From contig MTOU01000014.1 of NCBI GenBank assembly GCA_002011745.1, positions 13,369 to 77,368 of the forward strand: a DNA stretch of 64,000 bases. The letters run 5' to 3'. This document shows, piece after piece, positions 26,975-36,077 of this stretch; the stretch's first letter is position 1; each line of letters starts with the position of its first letter. The translations under genes and the position numbers were made by a program. The notes below the pieces were generated by a model that saw nothing but the letters and a program-made list of their open reading frames with translations, was not told the origin of the DNA and did no database searches. This stretch comes from Nitrospirae bacterium JdFR-85. Lineage in GTDB: Bacteria; Nitrospirota; Thermodesulfovibrionia; Thermodesulfovibrionales; JdFR-85.

Positions 26975-27394
26975 CTAAAAGTACTTTTTTGCCTCTTTTA
27001 GATTCTCCAGAGGGATAATGTACTCTTCACCCTGGAGTGTACCTGACAGAGGAATAGGATAACAGCTTCCAATACCCGTGTTCAATGTGTCAAGGGGATA
27101 TCTTACACCGCAGTACTTACATACAAGATAGAAGCCTTCGGATTTGAAGCCCATCTTATGGGGATAACACTTTATACATGCATCAAGATAGGATTCTACC
27201 TTGTCTCCTATTTTAAGGACAAAGAAATTCACCCTCTTCTGATTCAATATTATTGAAAAGAATCGGGGTCTTGAATCCTCTAATTGGGACAGGCTTATGA
27301 CAACCTTATCGCCCTTTATGGGAGGTTTCTCATAAAGGGGTTTGCTGCTGCAGGATAAGATAAGGATACTCAATAGTAAGATTATCTTTTTCAT
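26975..27394 (-). CDS. Cys-rich lipoprotein, DUF2318-like (putative metal-binding)
   Basis: Lipobox ILSC. DACIKCYPHKMGF...VCKYCGVRYPL...GSCYPIPL resembles the DUF2318 cysteine pattern. Confidence 0.5.
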   Translation of the reverse strand: MKKIILLLSILILSCSSKPLYEKPPIKGDKVVISLSQLEDSRPRFFSIILNQKRVNFFVLKIGDKVESYLDACIKCYPHKMGFKSEGFYLVCKYCGVRYPLDTLNTGIGSCYPIPLSGTLQGEEYIIPLENLKEAKKYF

Positions 27395-27445
27395 AGTGTA
27401 AATTGCTTTTTCGGTTTAATAATTATAACGTATTGGCTCTTAAAC

Positions 27446-27474
27446 TTGACAATATCCTGATGAAAGAATATAAT
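27446..27474 (+). promoter_or_regulatory. consensus sigma70 promoter TTGACA-17-TATAAT
   Basis: TTGACA at 27446-27451, 17-nt spacer, TATAAT at 27469-27474. The -10 overlaps the first ATG of the track ORF; the next in-frame ATG is 10 nt downstream. Confidence 0.65.
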
Positions 27475-27484
27475 GGAAGAAATT

Positions 27485-27967
27485 ATGTGGCTAAAAATAC
27501 AGCAAATAGCATTACTGGGTTTAATTATAGTAATAAGTGTGTCCTCTTTGGCAGTAGCAGATGAAAATCTGTTTCAGTTACTGCAAAAGAAGAACAAACA
27601 ATTCGGAGATATATGTGTCTCTGTAAAGGAGGTGATTAAAGAGGGACTGAATCCTAAGGAGGTTACTGTTGCTGCGATAAAGATGAATTATAGTGTCTGC
27701 TTGGTAGTGAAATGTGCAATTGATGCAGGAGCTTCGCCTGAACAGGTGATAATAGGTGCTCTTGAGGCAGGTGCAACAACCGAAGTAGTAACCCGCTGTG
27801 CAGTGGAGGCTGGGGTTGAGCCTGAAACTGTAGCACAGGTGATAGAAAGAGAGAAACTCCCCGGTCTCGGATATACTCCTCCTGCAGGTCCTGGCCCTGC
27901 TACTATTATGGTGGGCATTCCTGGTGGAGGTAGCGGAGGTGGTTCTATAAGTCCTTCCGGTTTTTAG
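27485..27967 (+). CDS. hypothetical secreted protein with four ~18-aa (D/E)AGxxPExV repeats and a Gly/Ser/Pro tail
   Basis: Signal peptide MWLKIQQIALLGLIIVISVSSLAVA|DE. Repeats are IKEGLNPKEVTVAAI / IDAGASPEQVIIGAL / LEAGATTEVVTRCAV / VEAGVEPETVAQVIE. C-terminus is GGGSGGGSISPSGF. Confidence 0.5.
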   Translation: MWLKIQQIALLGLIIVISVSSLAVADENLFQLLQKKNKQFGDICVSVKEVIKEGLNPKEVTVAAIKMNYSVCLVVKCAIDAGASPEQVIIGALEAGATTEVVTRCAVEAGVEPETVAQVIEREKLPGLGYTPPAGPGPATIMVGIPGGGSGGGSISPSGF

Positions 27968-27994
27968 TCTCTGTCTTTTGGATTTAAATAATAG

Positions 27995-29305
27995 ATGAAA
28001 ATTCTCCAATATATGATGATAGGTATAATATTTCCCCTTTTGATTGGTCCTTTCTGTTATGGAGCCTCCTCTGAAACTACCTCAAATAATCAAACCGTGA
28101 CAGAAGTAGAGGGCATTGGTAGTGAAATATTTGAGAGAAGAGGTGGATATATACATCCCTTTGTCTCTTTAACAGGCTATTGGACAGATAATCTCTTTAA
28201 CTTAAGAGAAGACAAAAAGAGTGATTATATAGGAGTTATCTCTCCTGGAATATGGCTCTCTATCCCAAGACTTAAAGAACAGATCCCTCCTGTGGAGACC
28301 TCTACTGTTGTACCAGGAGGGATGGTATTGAGTAAACGTCTAAAGCTGTATCCCAGAAGATTTCAGGCATTTCTGATTTACAGGGCAGATATAGAACGGT
28401 TTAAGAGATATCATGCTGAGGACTTTGTCAATCATCTACTAGAGGCGAGATTTCAATATAATATGAGAGGAGGCCTTACCATTGATTTAAATGAACAGTT
28501 TATAAGGTCCCATGATATGAGAGGTACTGGTATATCCAGAGGGCTTGACAAATTTCATACCAATCTTTTTAGTATAACTTTCACATATGATACAGGACAT
28601 CGAGTTGTCTTCAGGGTTGATTATATAAATTACAGAGTAGATTACAGAGAATCCAGGAATGACTTCAGAGACAGAACAGACAATGTTGTCTCTGTTTATA
28701 CTTTTTATCGTCTTACCCCTAAGACTTCTGTGTTCTTAGAATATGACTTTGTTAACATTGATTATGATAAAAACATTATCCCAGAAAGCAAAGAACACCA
28801 TTTTTATGGAGGAATCCGATGGAGGATTACAGCTAAATCACTTGGTCAACTAAAGGGAGGATACGGTCTGAAGGATTTTACAGATCCAGCAATTGATACA
28901 GCAAGGGAGACATTGATTGAGGCACAACTGGAACATCAATTTACACCAAAGACGAACCTGAAATTGGTTGCAACAAGAAAGACCAACGAGACGAATATAT
29001 CTGCTACAGAATATATGATTTCTAATACCCTGAAGGCAGAGTATTCCCATAGAATAACTTCAAAAATCACAGTGGCAGTTGGGGCTACTTATGAAACTGC
29101 TCATTATAAAGGCACTTTAACCCTTGCGGGTGAGAGCAAAGAGAGGCAGGATAGGATATATAAATTCTCTATTGCCTCTTCCTATGATTTCAGAGAATGG
29201 TTGATTGCAGAGGGAGGATATTTCTACACAAAAAGGGAGTCTAATTTTTCTATTTTTGATTATACAAATAACACCATCTTCCTCAGGGTGAAGACTTCTT
29301 TGTAA
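27995..29305 (+). CDS. putative outer-membrane beta-barrel protein of the polysaccharide export locus
   Basis: Signal peptide; alternating aromatic/hydrophilic beta-strand pattern throughout; first gene before the Wza/Wzc-like genes. Confidence 0.5.
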   Translation: MKILQYMMIGIIFPLLIGPFCYGASSETTSNNQTVTEVEGIGSEIFERRGGYIHPFVSLTGYWTDNLFNLREDKKSDYIGVISPGIWLSIPRLKEQIPPVETSTVVPGGMVLSKRLKLYPRRFQAFLIYRADIERFKRYHAEDFVNHLLEARFQYNMRGGLTIDLNEQFIRSHDMRGTGISRGLDKFHTNLFSITFTYDTGHRVVFRVDYINYRVDYRESRNDFRDRTDNVVSVYTFYRLTPKTSVFLEYDFVNIDYDKNIIPESKEHHFYGGIRWRITAKSLGQLKGGYGLKDFTDPAIDTARETLIEAQLEHQFTPKTNLKLVATRKTNETNISATEYMISNTLKAEYSHRITSKITVAVGATYETAHYKGTLTLAGESKERQDRIYKFSIASSYDFREWLIAEGGYFYTKRESNFSIFDYTNNTIFLRVKTSL

Positions 29306-29309
29306 AGAA

Positions 29310-30092
29310 ATGATGAGCGGTTTAAAAGGGATTTTATTAATAGTTCTGATCTTTATCCTTCCGACAGAGGTTGTCTTTTCTCAAGATTACAGGGTAGGAG
29401 AAGGGGATGTACTGAAGATTACGGTTTATGAACACAATGACCTTACCACTGTGGCGAGAGTTAGTGGAAAGGGGACAATAATGTTTCCACTTATCGGTGA
29501 GGTTAAGGTAGAAGGGCTTACCACTATCGAGATTGCAAAAAGAATCTCAGAGTTACTTGCTGATGGTTATATAGTAGACCCACAGGTGAGTGTGTTTATT
29601 CAAGAGTACAGAAGTAAAAAGGCGACTATAATGGGAGAGGTTGAGCGGCCAGGACTCTATGAGTTGCGAGGGGAGACAACCTTTCTTGAGTTGCTGTCTA
29701 AGGCAGGTGGGCTTACAAGGGATGCAAGCAGCAAGGCTATTGTGAAAAGGAAGAATGGTGATATAGTCTCTATTGACCTGAAGAGGCTGATTGAAGATGG
29801 AGATACATCCCTTAATATAACCATAACAGAAGGGGACAATATCTATATTCCTAAGGCAGGTGTTTTTTATGTTACTGGAGAGGTTAAAAAGCCTGATGCC
29901 TACAAGTACGAAAAGGGCACTACGGTTATAAAAGCCATAACCATGGCAGGTGGTTTTACAGATAAGGCAGCCATTGGAAGGGTGAAGATTATAAGAAATA
30001 TAGATGGCAGGGAGGTTGTGTTAGAGAAGGTGAAAATGGATGAACCGATTCTTCCAGATGATATAATTATTGTTCCGGAGAGTTTCTTTTAA
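29310..30092 (+). CDS. polysaccharide export protein (Wza-like; Poly_export + SLBB domains)
   Basis: YRVGEGDVLKITVYEHNDLT...GTIMFPLIGEVKVEGLTTIEI and a second SLBB-like block GDNIYIPKAGVFYVTGEVKKP. Confidence 0.85.
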   Translation: MMSGLKGILLIVLIFILPTEVVFSQDYRVGEGDVLKITVYEHNDLTTVARVSGKGTIMFPLIGEVKVEGLTTIEIAKRISELLADGYIVDPQVSVFIQEYRSKKATIMGEVERPGLYELRGETTFLELLSKAGGLTRDASSKAIVKRKNGDIVSIDLKRLIEDGDTSLNITITEGDNIYIPKAGVFYVTGEVKKPDAYKYEKGTTVIKAITMAGGFTDKAAIGRVKIIRNIDGREVVLEKVKMDEPILPDDIIIVPESFF

Positions 30093-32602
30093 TGATGCAG
30101 GAAAGAGAGATACATTTAAGGGACTATATAAGGGTATTAAAAAGGAGAAGGTATACTGTTTACACCTTTTTTATTATTGTGCTGAGTGTTGTATTGATAG
30201 GAACACTCAGCTCTACTCCACTTTATACTGCATCTACAAAGCTTCTTATTGAAAGGCAGTTTGCTGCTGGTTTGACCACACCCTATTACTATCTACCCTA
30301 TGATCCGGAGTTTTATGAGACACAGTATCAGCTCATAAAGAGTGCCTCTGTGGCAGAGAGGGTGATCAGGATGCTTTCTCTACCAGAGCGGCATAGATAT
30401 TATTTTGGTAAAGAAGGTCCCAAAAGGGGAATTATCTCAACTATTAAAGGATGGTTTAATATGGGGTCTTCATCCTCTGAAGCCTCTGGTAGTGCTTCAG
30501 AAGAGGAAATGAAGATGATGTACAAGAATATGATAATGGGTGGAATAAAAGTGAGTCCTGTAAAGAAGAGTAAGATAGTAGAGGTAAGTTTCGAGTCTCC
30601 CAGCCCTCTGTTTGCAGCGGATGTGGTTAATGCAGTTGCTAAGGCATATATGGAAGAGTTAATGGAGATGAAGATGAAGAGCTCAAAGTACAAGCTCCAG
30701 TGGCTTTCGAAAAAGGCTGAGGAAGAGAGGAAAAAGCTTCAGCGTTCTGAAGAGGCCCTGCAGAGGTATATGAAAGAGAATGATATTGTTACTCTTGAAA
30801 ACAGAATAGCTATTATACCTCAGAGATTAACTGAATTGAGTACAGAGCTGACAAGGGCAGAGGCAAAGAGAAAGTCCCTTGAGTCCCTGTATCAGAGGAT
30901 AAAGAAGATAGTCTCAGAGGATATAGAAAAGGCGGAGACAATCCCTATTATAGCATCAGACAGCACTATCAAGGCCCTTCGGAAGGAGATACTGGAGGCT
31001 GAACAGAATATTATGGAATTGTCTAAGAAGTTTGGCAGAAAACATCCAAAGATGAAGAGGGCACTCAGTGAACTTGAAGTCCTGAAGAAGAAGAAGAGAC
31101 AGGAGATCAGAAGGGTTATTGAGTCTATCAAGACAGACTATGAACTGGCAAAGGCTAATGAGATGAACCTGAGAAGGCTTCTGCAGAAAACCAAAGAGGA
31201 GGCTCTGAGACTGAATGAGAAATTCATACAGTATGGAGTGTTGAGGAGGGAGGTTGAGACAAATAAACAGCTATTTGAAGCACTGATAAAAAAGATAAAA
31301 GAGGAGAGTGTTACTGAGAAGATACAGACAGTTAATGTCTGGATAGTAGAAGAGGCAAAGGTTCCCAAGGTTCCTACAAAACCTAAAAAGGGCTTAAATA
31401 TTCTGCTTGGTATAATAGTTGGGGTATTAGGAGGAATAGGACTCGCTTTTTTTGTTGAATACCTGGACAATACAATAAAGACTCCTGAGGAGGCTGAGGA
31501 GAGGTTGGGATTGCCTGTAATCGGGATGGTATCTCTTGTTGAGAGAAGCAATGGGGAGTTAGAGAAGATGACCCTTAAAGAGACAAGCTCTGTTTTTGCA
31601 GAGAATCTTAAGGCTCTGAGGACGTCTATCTTTCTGTCTTTTGCAGACAGGCCGCCTAAGAGTATTCTTGTAACAAGCCCTGGTCCTGACGAGGGTAAGA
31701 CCACTGTAGCCTCTAATCTTGCTATTGTTGTGGCACAGTCAGAGTACTCAGTACTTCTGGTCGATGCAGACCTTAGGAACCCACAATTACACAAGACTTT
31801 TGGGCTGGACAACTCTGAAGGACTGAGCACATACCTGGCAGGGACATCGGATATTGAGAATATTATTCAGCAGGGACCTCTGCCAAGGATGAGTATACTT
31901 ACTGCAGGACCTCTGTCGCCTAATCCATCCGAGTTGCTGAGTTCTAAAAGGCTGGGAGATCTAATAGAGACAATGAAGAAAAGATATGATATGATAATCT
32001 TGGACTCTCCTCCTTTGATGACAGTGTCTGATGGAGTAATTTTGAGTAGTGTAGTTGAAGGTACAATACTGGTAACAAAGGCTGCCTTTACAACATATGA
32101 TATTGCTATGAGGGCGATAAAATCCCTCAGAGATATAAAGGCCAATCTTCTTGGGGTGGTAATAAATAGTATTAATCTTAGAAAAGAGGAGTACTATTAC
32201 TACAGATACTATGGTTACTATTCTGCAGAGGAAGAAACAGAGGAGAAGGTGATGCCTCAAAGGTTTAAATGGTGGTTTTATCTGCCTATAACAGTGGCAG
32301 TAATTGCACTTTTGGGGCTTTTACTACAGAATTATTTTCAGAGAGATATTCCTGAGAGGGATTCAATTTCTGAAGGCATATTCGAGGAAGGCACATCTGG
32401 TATATCTTTAAAGAGATATGTGATCACCGCCACGGTGGATATCAGAAAGAATCCCTCTACGGATTCACCTGTTGTTGGTAAATTAAAACCATATATTACT
32501 GTAATGGCTGCTGAGACGGAGGGAGGCTGGTATGTTGTATATTCTGAAGAGGGTAGAATTATGGGCTATGTGCCTTCTGAGCATCTAAAGCCCATAGAAT
32601 GA
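30092..32602 (+). CDS. Wzc/GumC-like chain-length determinant fused to a BY-type tyrosine kinase, with an extra C-terminal TM helix and SH3b-like domain
   Basis: Wzz-like N-terminus with TM helix, long coiled coil, second TM helix. Walker A SPGPDEGKTTVASNLA, DADLRNP, LDSPP. Tyr cluster EEYYYYRYYGYY, then WWFYLPITVAVIALLGLLL and YVITATVDIRKNPSTDSPVVGKLK...GWYVV...GYVPSEHL. Confidence 0.85.
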   Translation: MMQEREIHLRDYIRVLKRRRYTVYTFFIIVLSVVLIGTLSSTPLYTASTKLLIERQFAAGLTTPYYYLPYDPEFYETQYQLIKSASVAERVIRMLSLPERHRYYFGKEGPKRGIISTIKGWFNMGSSSSEASGSASEEEMKMMYKNMIMGGIKVSPVKKSKIVEVSFESPSPLFAADVVNAVAKAYMEELMEMKMKSSKYKLQWLSKKAEEERKKLQRSEEALQRYMKENDIVTLENRIAIIPQRLTELSTELTRAEAKRKSLESLYQRIKKIVSEDIEKAETIPIIASDSTIKALRKEILEAEQNIMELSKKFGRKHPKMKRALSELEVLKKKKRQEIRRVIESIKTDYELAKANEMNLRRLLQKTKEEALRLNEKFIQYGVLRREVETNKQLFEALIKKIKEESVTEKIQTVNVWIVEEAKVPKVPTKPKKGLNILLGIIVGVLGGIGLAFFVEYLDNTIKTPEEAEERLGLPVIGMVSLVERSNGELEKMTLKETSSVFAENLKALRTSIFLSFADRPPKSILVTSPGPDEGKTTVASNLAIVVAQSEYSVLLVDADLRNPQLHKTFGLDNSEGLSTYLAGTSDIENIIQQGPLPRMSILTAGPLSPNPSELLSSKRLGDLIETMKKRYDMIILDSPPLMTVSDGVILSSVVEGTILVTKAAFTTYDIAMRAIKSLRDIKANLLGVVINSINLRKEEYYYYRYYGYYSAEEETEEKVMPQRFKWWFYLPITVAVIALLGLLLQNYFQRDIPERDSISEGIFEEGTSGISLKRYVITATVDIRKNPSTDSPVVGKLKPYITVMAAETEGGWYVVYSEEGRIMGYVPSEHLKPIE

Positions 32603-32664
32603 TATGCCGATTAACAATGCTAAAGGGCTCCTCCTTGCCTTAATATAAAACAAAAGGTGTCTGG

Positions 32665-34959
32665 ATGAAAGGCCCATTTTTTATAATTCTACTACTTCTT
32701 ATATTTACACCATTGGCATTCGGTACTGTAGAGACCTGGTCATATACAGTGATCGAGATACTCTCTATCTGTCTCTTTATCTTAATAATAAAACAGAAGG
32801 AAAGGCCTCTTTACAGACCCCCAGGGATGTTTCCTTTGGTTATAATCTGGTGTTATATGGTTTTTCAGATTGTGCCTCTACCTCCGAGTTTAGTAAAGAT
32901 TCTGTCTCCAGAGACCTATAATCTTTATAGAGAACTCTCTGAAGGTATTGATTCTCTGTCCTGGCCCTCTATCAGTCTTTACAGAAAAGCAACCATTTTG
33001 GAGATATTCCGTTTCACTGCCTATCTACTCTTTTACTTCTCAGCCGTACAGGTCCTTTCTCTACATGAGAAGAAAGAAAAGGCAGTGAAGATACTTTTTG
33101 TGTTTATTTCATTACTGGGTTTTTTTAGCATTGTTCAGTATCTCCTTTATAATAATAAATTTTACTGGCTTAGAGAGGTACCAGAAGGTGCAAGCCCTTT
33201 CGGACCTTTTGTGAACAGAAACCATTATGCCTTTCTGATGACAATGGTCTTTCCTCTGCTGATCGGTCTTCTATTCTATTACAGACCCTATACAGGATAT
33301 ACTTCACTTAAGGCCAGAATTGTTGAGTTTCTAATCCATAGGAGGTTTAATATATACACCCTTGTAGGGTTTGGCAGTATTGTGGTAGCCACCTCTGTAT
33401 TTCTCAGCCTTTCAAGAGGTGGGATAGTGAGTCTCTCTTTAGCCATGGTCTTCTTTGGAGCACTTTATTATCTTGTAGAGAAGAATAAAACAGGCCGTTT
33501 AATTATAGGAATATCCCTCTTGATTATGTTTTCAGTAGGTTGGTTTGGTTGGGAACCGATAATTGATAGATTCGGAAAATTGGGAATACTAAGGGGGGAG
33601 ATATCAGACCTCAGGCCCCAGATATGGAGAGATTCTTTACAGATAATTGATGATTTTCCTCTAACAGGCACAGGGTTTGGTACATATATGAAGATATATC
33701 CCTCCTATAGAACCGTTGGTGGAACAAAGAAGGTTGATCACGCCCATAATGATTATATAGAGCTTTTAGTAGAGGGGGGACTCATAGGTGCAGCAGGATT
33801 TCTTATTTTCGTAGGTACTGTTGTGTATTCTGGAATTAAAGGGGTCTTTACAAAGAGGAGTAGATTGTCTCGTTTAGTGTGTATAGGAGCCCTTTCGGGT
33901 CTATTAGGGGCTTTACTGCATAGTTTCACCGATTTTAGCCTCCATATAGGGGCTGATGGACTTTATCTTTTTTTTATTCTCTCTCTGATCGCTGTCTCTT
34001 CAGATGTCCGTAAGAGGGTTCAGAGAGGCATATTTGTTTCTCCCCTGCTTCTCTTTATGGCAATAGTGATCTTGATCATGAATCTCCTTTTTAATGCAGG
34101 AGTGATTATGGCAAAAGCAGAATATTCGATTCTTGCAGGGAAGTCCCTTAGAGACCTTTCGGATAAGGAGCTAAAAGAGGCACGAAGAGTGCTTCTTAGG
34201 GCATCCCGCCTTGATCCTTTTGAAGGCCTCTATCCCTTTAAACTGGCAGAAGTAGAGACAGTTGAAGGGAATATCAGAAGGAGTTTTTCGCTTCTGCACC
34301 GCACTATAAGTCTGGATCCACTGAATAGTGAGTATTTACAGTTTCTGGGATTTCTCTATGCAGAGCTTGGTCAGACAGACAAGGCAGAAAGGGTCCTTAG
34401 ACTCTCCATCAGGCTGGACAGAAGGGAGCCCAAGAGATACGAGGCCCTTGCCAAGGTGTTGATTCTTAATAACAGAAGTAGAGAGGCTTTGAGCCAGATA
34501 AAAGAGGCAATAAGACTTAGGCCAGAAGATACAGGTAGATATATTACCCTGCTTGTGCTTTATGGTTTTGATGACTACCAGATACTGGAGTCACTTCCTG
34601 ATATGCCAGGTCCATATCTGGTAATGGGTAGATATCTGGAGGATGTGGGCAGAGCAGAGCTTGCTGCAGTTGCCTATGAAAGGGCGTTAGAGTGTATGGA
34701 TTCTTCTGTTCGTGTTCAGGACTTTTTACAGATAAGCAGGTTTTACATTGTGGGTGAAAGATATGAGAAGGCCCTTGCAGTGCTGAGACAGGCTGTTAAG
34801 AGTTTTCCACAGAATGTGGTTCTCAGGCTGAGACTTGCTTCTGTATATGAGAGGGCTGGTATAGGATACAGGGCCGTAGAAGAGTATAAGAAGGTCCTTA
34901 TGCTTGAGCCTAATAATAAAAAAGCGATCAGCGGGCTGAGAAGGCTTTCTGTAGAGTAG
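32665..34959 (+). CDS. O-antigen ligase/Wzy-like polymerase domain fused to C-terminal TPR repeats
   Basis: ~12 TM helices with the Wzy_C-type loop (DHAHNDYIELLVEGGLIG). The C-terminal ~280 aa are TPR-like (LDPLNSEYLQFLGFLYAELGQTDKAE...). Confidence 0.75.
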   Translation: MKGPFFIILLLLIFTPLAFGTVETWSYTVIEILSICLFILIIKQKERPLYRPPGMFPLVIIWCYMVFQIVPLPPSLVKILSPETYNLYRELSEGIDSLSWPSISLYRKATILEIFRFTAYLLFYFSAVQVLSLHEKKEKAVKILFVFISLLGFFSIVQYLLYNNKFYWLREVPEGASPFGPFVNRNHYAFLMTMVFPLLIGLLFYYRPYTGYTSLKARIVEFLIHRRFNIYTLVGFGSIVVATSVFLSLSRGGIVSLSLAMVFFGALYYLVEKNKTGRLIIGISLLIMFSVGWFGWEPIIDRFGKLGILRGEISDLRPQIWRDSLQIIDDFPLTGTGFGTYMKIYPSYRTVGGTKKVDHAHNDYIELLVEGGLIGAAGFLIFVGTVVYSGIKGVFTKRSRLSRLVCIGALSGLLGALLHSFTDFSLHIGADGLYLFFILSLIAVSSDVRKRVQRGIFVSPLLLFMAIVILIMNLLFNAGVIMAKAEYSILAGKSLRDLSDKELKEARRVLLRASRLDPFEGLYPFKLAEVETVEGNIRRSFSLLHRTISLDPLNSEYLQFLGFLYAELGQTDKAERVLRLSIRLDRREPKRYEALAKVLILNNRSREALSQIKEAIRLRPEDTGRYITLLVLYGFDDYQILESLPDMPGPYLVMGRYLEDVGRAELAAVAYERALECMDSSVRVQDFLQISRFYIVGERYEKALAVLRQAVKSFPQNVVLRLRLASVYERAGIGYRAVEEYKKVLMLEPNNKKAISGLRRLSVE

Positions 34960-34961
34960 GT

Positions 34962-35480
34962 CTAATCTTCAATATATCTGGTTACATAATCAGCGAGGAT
35001 TTCATGTACCTTTACAGGGGTTGCCCTATCATAATAGGTGTCTATGATTACATGGGCGATCTCATGGGCAAGCACTATGAGTTCAGCATCCTTAAGAGAG
35101 AGATAGATGGTCTTGTCCTGTGGTGAATAGAAGGCTATAAAATCTACTCTCTTTCCATATTGATGAAAGTATACCTTTCTCACATCTTCTGGATTGTCAA
35201 AGAGTTGGATTCTGAATTTCACTCTGGAAGGATACATCTGGAGGATTGACTCTACCTTCTCCACTATTACATCGATCTTTCTCTTCAGTTCTTCTACTGC
35301 TGTCAGGCCTCTTCTGCCTCCCATAAGGTATGAGAGACTTCCAAGTACTATCCGGTTGTTTAGTTTTTCTAACTGTTCATAATGCTGATACTGGATGATT
35401 GCATATCGACTCTCTATCTCCGATGACCAGCATACTACAGGAATAAAAAGAACCATTATACTGAGAATGCATTTTTTCAT
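34962..35480 (-). CDS. secreted hypothetical protein with an HExxH motif (possible metallopeptidase-like)
   Basis: Signal peptide; LAHEIAHVIID plus a downstream HE. Last gene of the minus-strand envelope operon. Confidence 0.4.
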   Translation of the reverse strand: MKKCILSIMVLFIPVVCWSSEIESRYAIIQYQHYEQLEKLNNRIVLGSLSYLMGGRRGLTAVEELKRKIDVIVEKVESILQMYPSRVKFRIQLFDNPEDVRKVYFHQYGKRVDFIAFYSPQDKTIYLSLKDAELIVLAHEIAHVIIDTYYDRATPVKVHEILADYVTRYIED

Positions 35481-35495
35481 TAGAACAGAAGAAGT

Positions 35496-36077
35496 TCACT
35501 TTTGCTTGGTTTTGAAAAATTCCAGTTTTTCTCTGAGATGTCTATTAACCTCCATCACCTCTTTAAGTAGCTCATCTCTTTGAGGAGTCTTTAAAGCTTC
35601 TCCAAGAGCTTTCTCTATTTTATCGGACAGTTCCTTTGTCTCGTTTAATACATCTGCATATGTGGTAATCAGGTTATTAAATTTATCTGCTAATTCCTTC
35701 CCTTCATCTTTCTTTCTTATCCTGACCCGAAAGTTTAAATTACCCTCTATAAGGTCATCTACTGTTCTCTCAAACCTGTAAATTGGTCCTGCCACCCTGT
35801 GTGTCAAAAACATGGAGAATATCACCACTGCTACCCCTACTGAGATTAAGACCAGCCAGTGTGCCTTTATGAGCTGTTTAAGAAGGGCTACAGGGGTATC
35901 ATCCACGCGTACTTTACTCTGTTCATACAATATGGTGAGGGCATCTGAGGAGAGGAGGCCAAAAACTATGGCAAAGGTGATTATACCTGCAATTATCACC
36001 ACAAAAAAAATAAACATGTATCTGCCCTGAAGGTCTTTCTTGATAAAATAGTTTCTTCTTCTCCATTTCTTTTTCAT
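35496..36077 (-). CDS. membrane protein with two TM helices and a HAMP domain, no output domain
   Basis: THRVAGPIYRFERTVDDLIEGNLNFRVRIRKKDEGKELADKFNNL following TM2. Confidence 0.6.
   Translation of the reverse strand: MKKKWRRRNYFIKKDLQGRYMFIFFVVIIAGIITFAIVFGLLSSDALTILYEQSKVRVDDTPVALLKQLIKAHWLVLISVGVAVVIFSMFLTHRVAGPIYRFERTVDDLIEGNLNFRVRIRKKDEGKELADKFNNLITTYADVLNETKELSDKIEKALGEALKTPQRDELLKEVMEVNRHLREKLEFFKTKQK

Noticed and set aside
27473-27484. ATG 27473 as the start of the secreted repeat protein. Likewise TTG 17467 for the HlyD-like gene and TTG 41329 for the Tyr-rich protein.
   Set aside because: Each of these codons overlaps or precedes the -10 hexamer of a good promoter. The next in-frame ATG yields a proper signal peptide or TM N-terminus.
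31138-31830. A 230-aa minus-strand ORF inside the Wzc-like gene.
   Set aside because: It is a Ser/Leu/Phe-rich mirror of the Lys/Glu-rich coiled-coil coding strand. The plus frame carries the real Walker A and Wzz motifs, so this is a shadow ORF.
27995-34959. Calling the EPS locus an exosortase/PEP-CTERM system.
   Set aside because: The gene set resembles the export part of such loci, but no exosortase (EpsH) and no protein ending in a PEP-CTERM sorting signal is present in the window.
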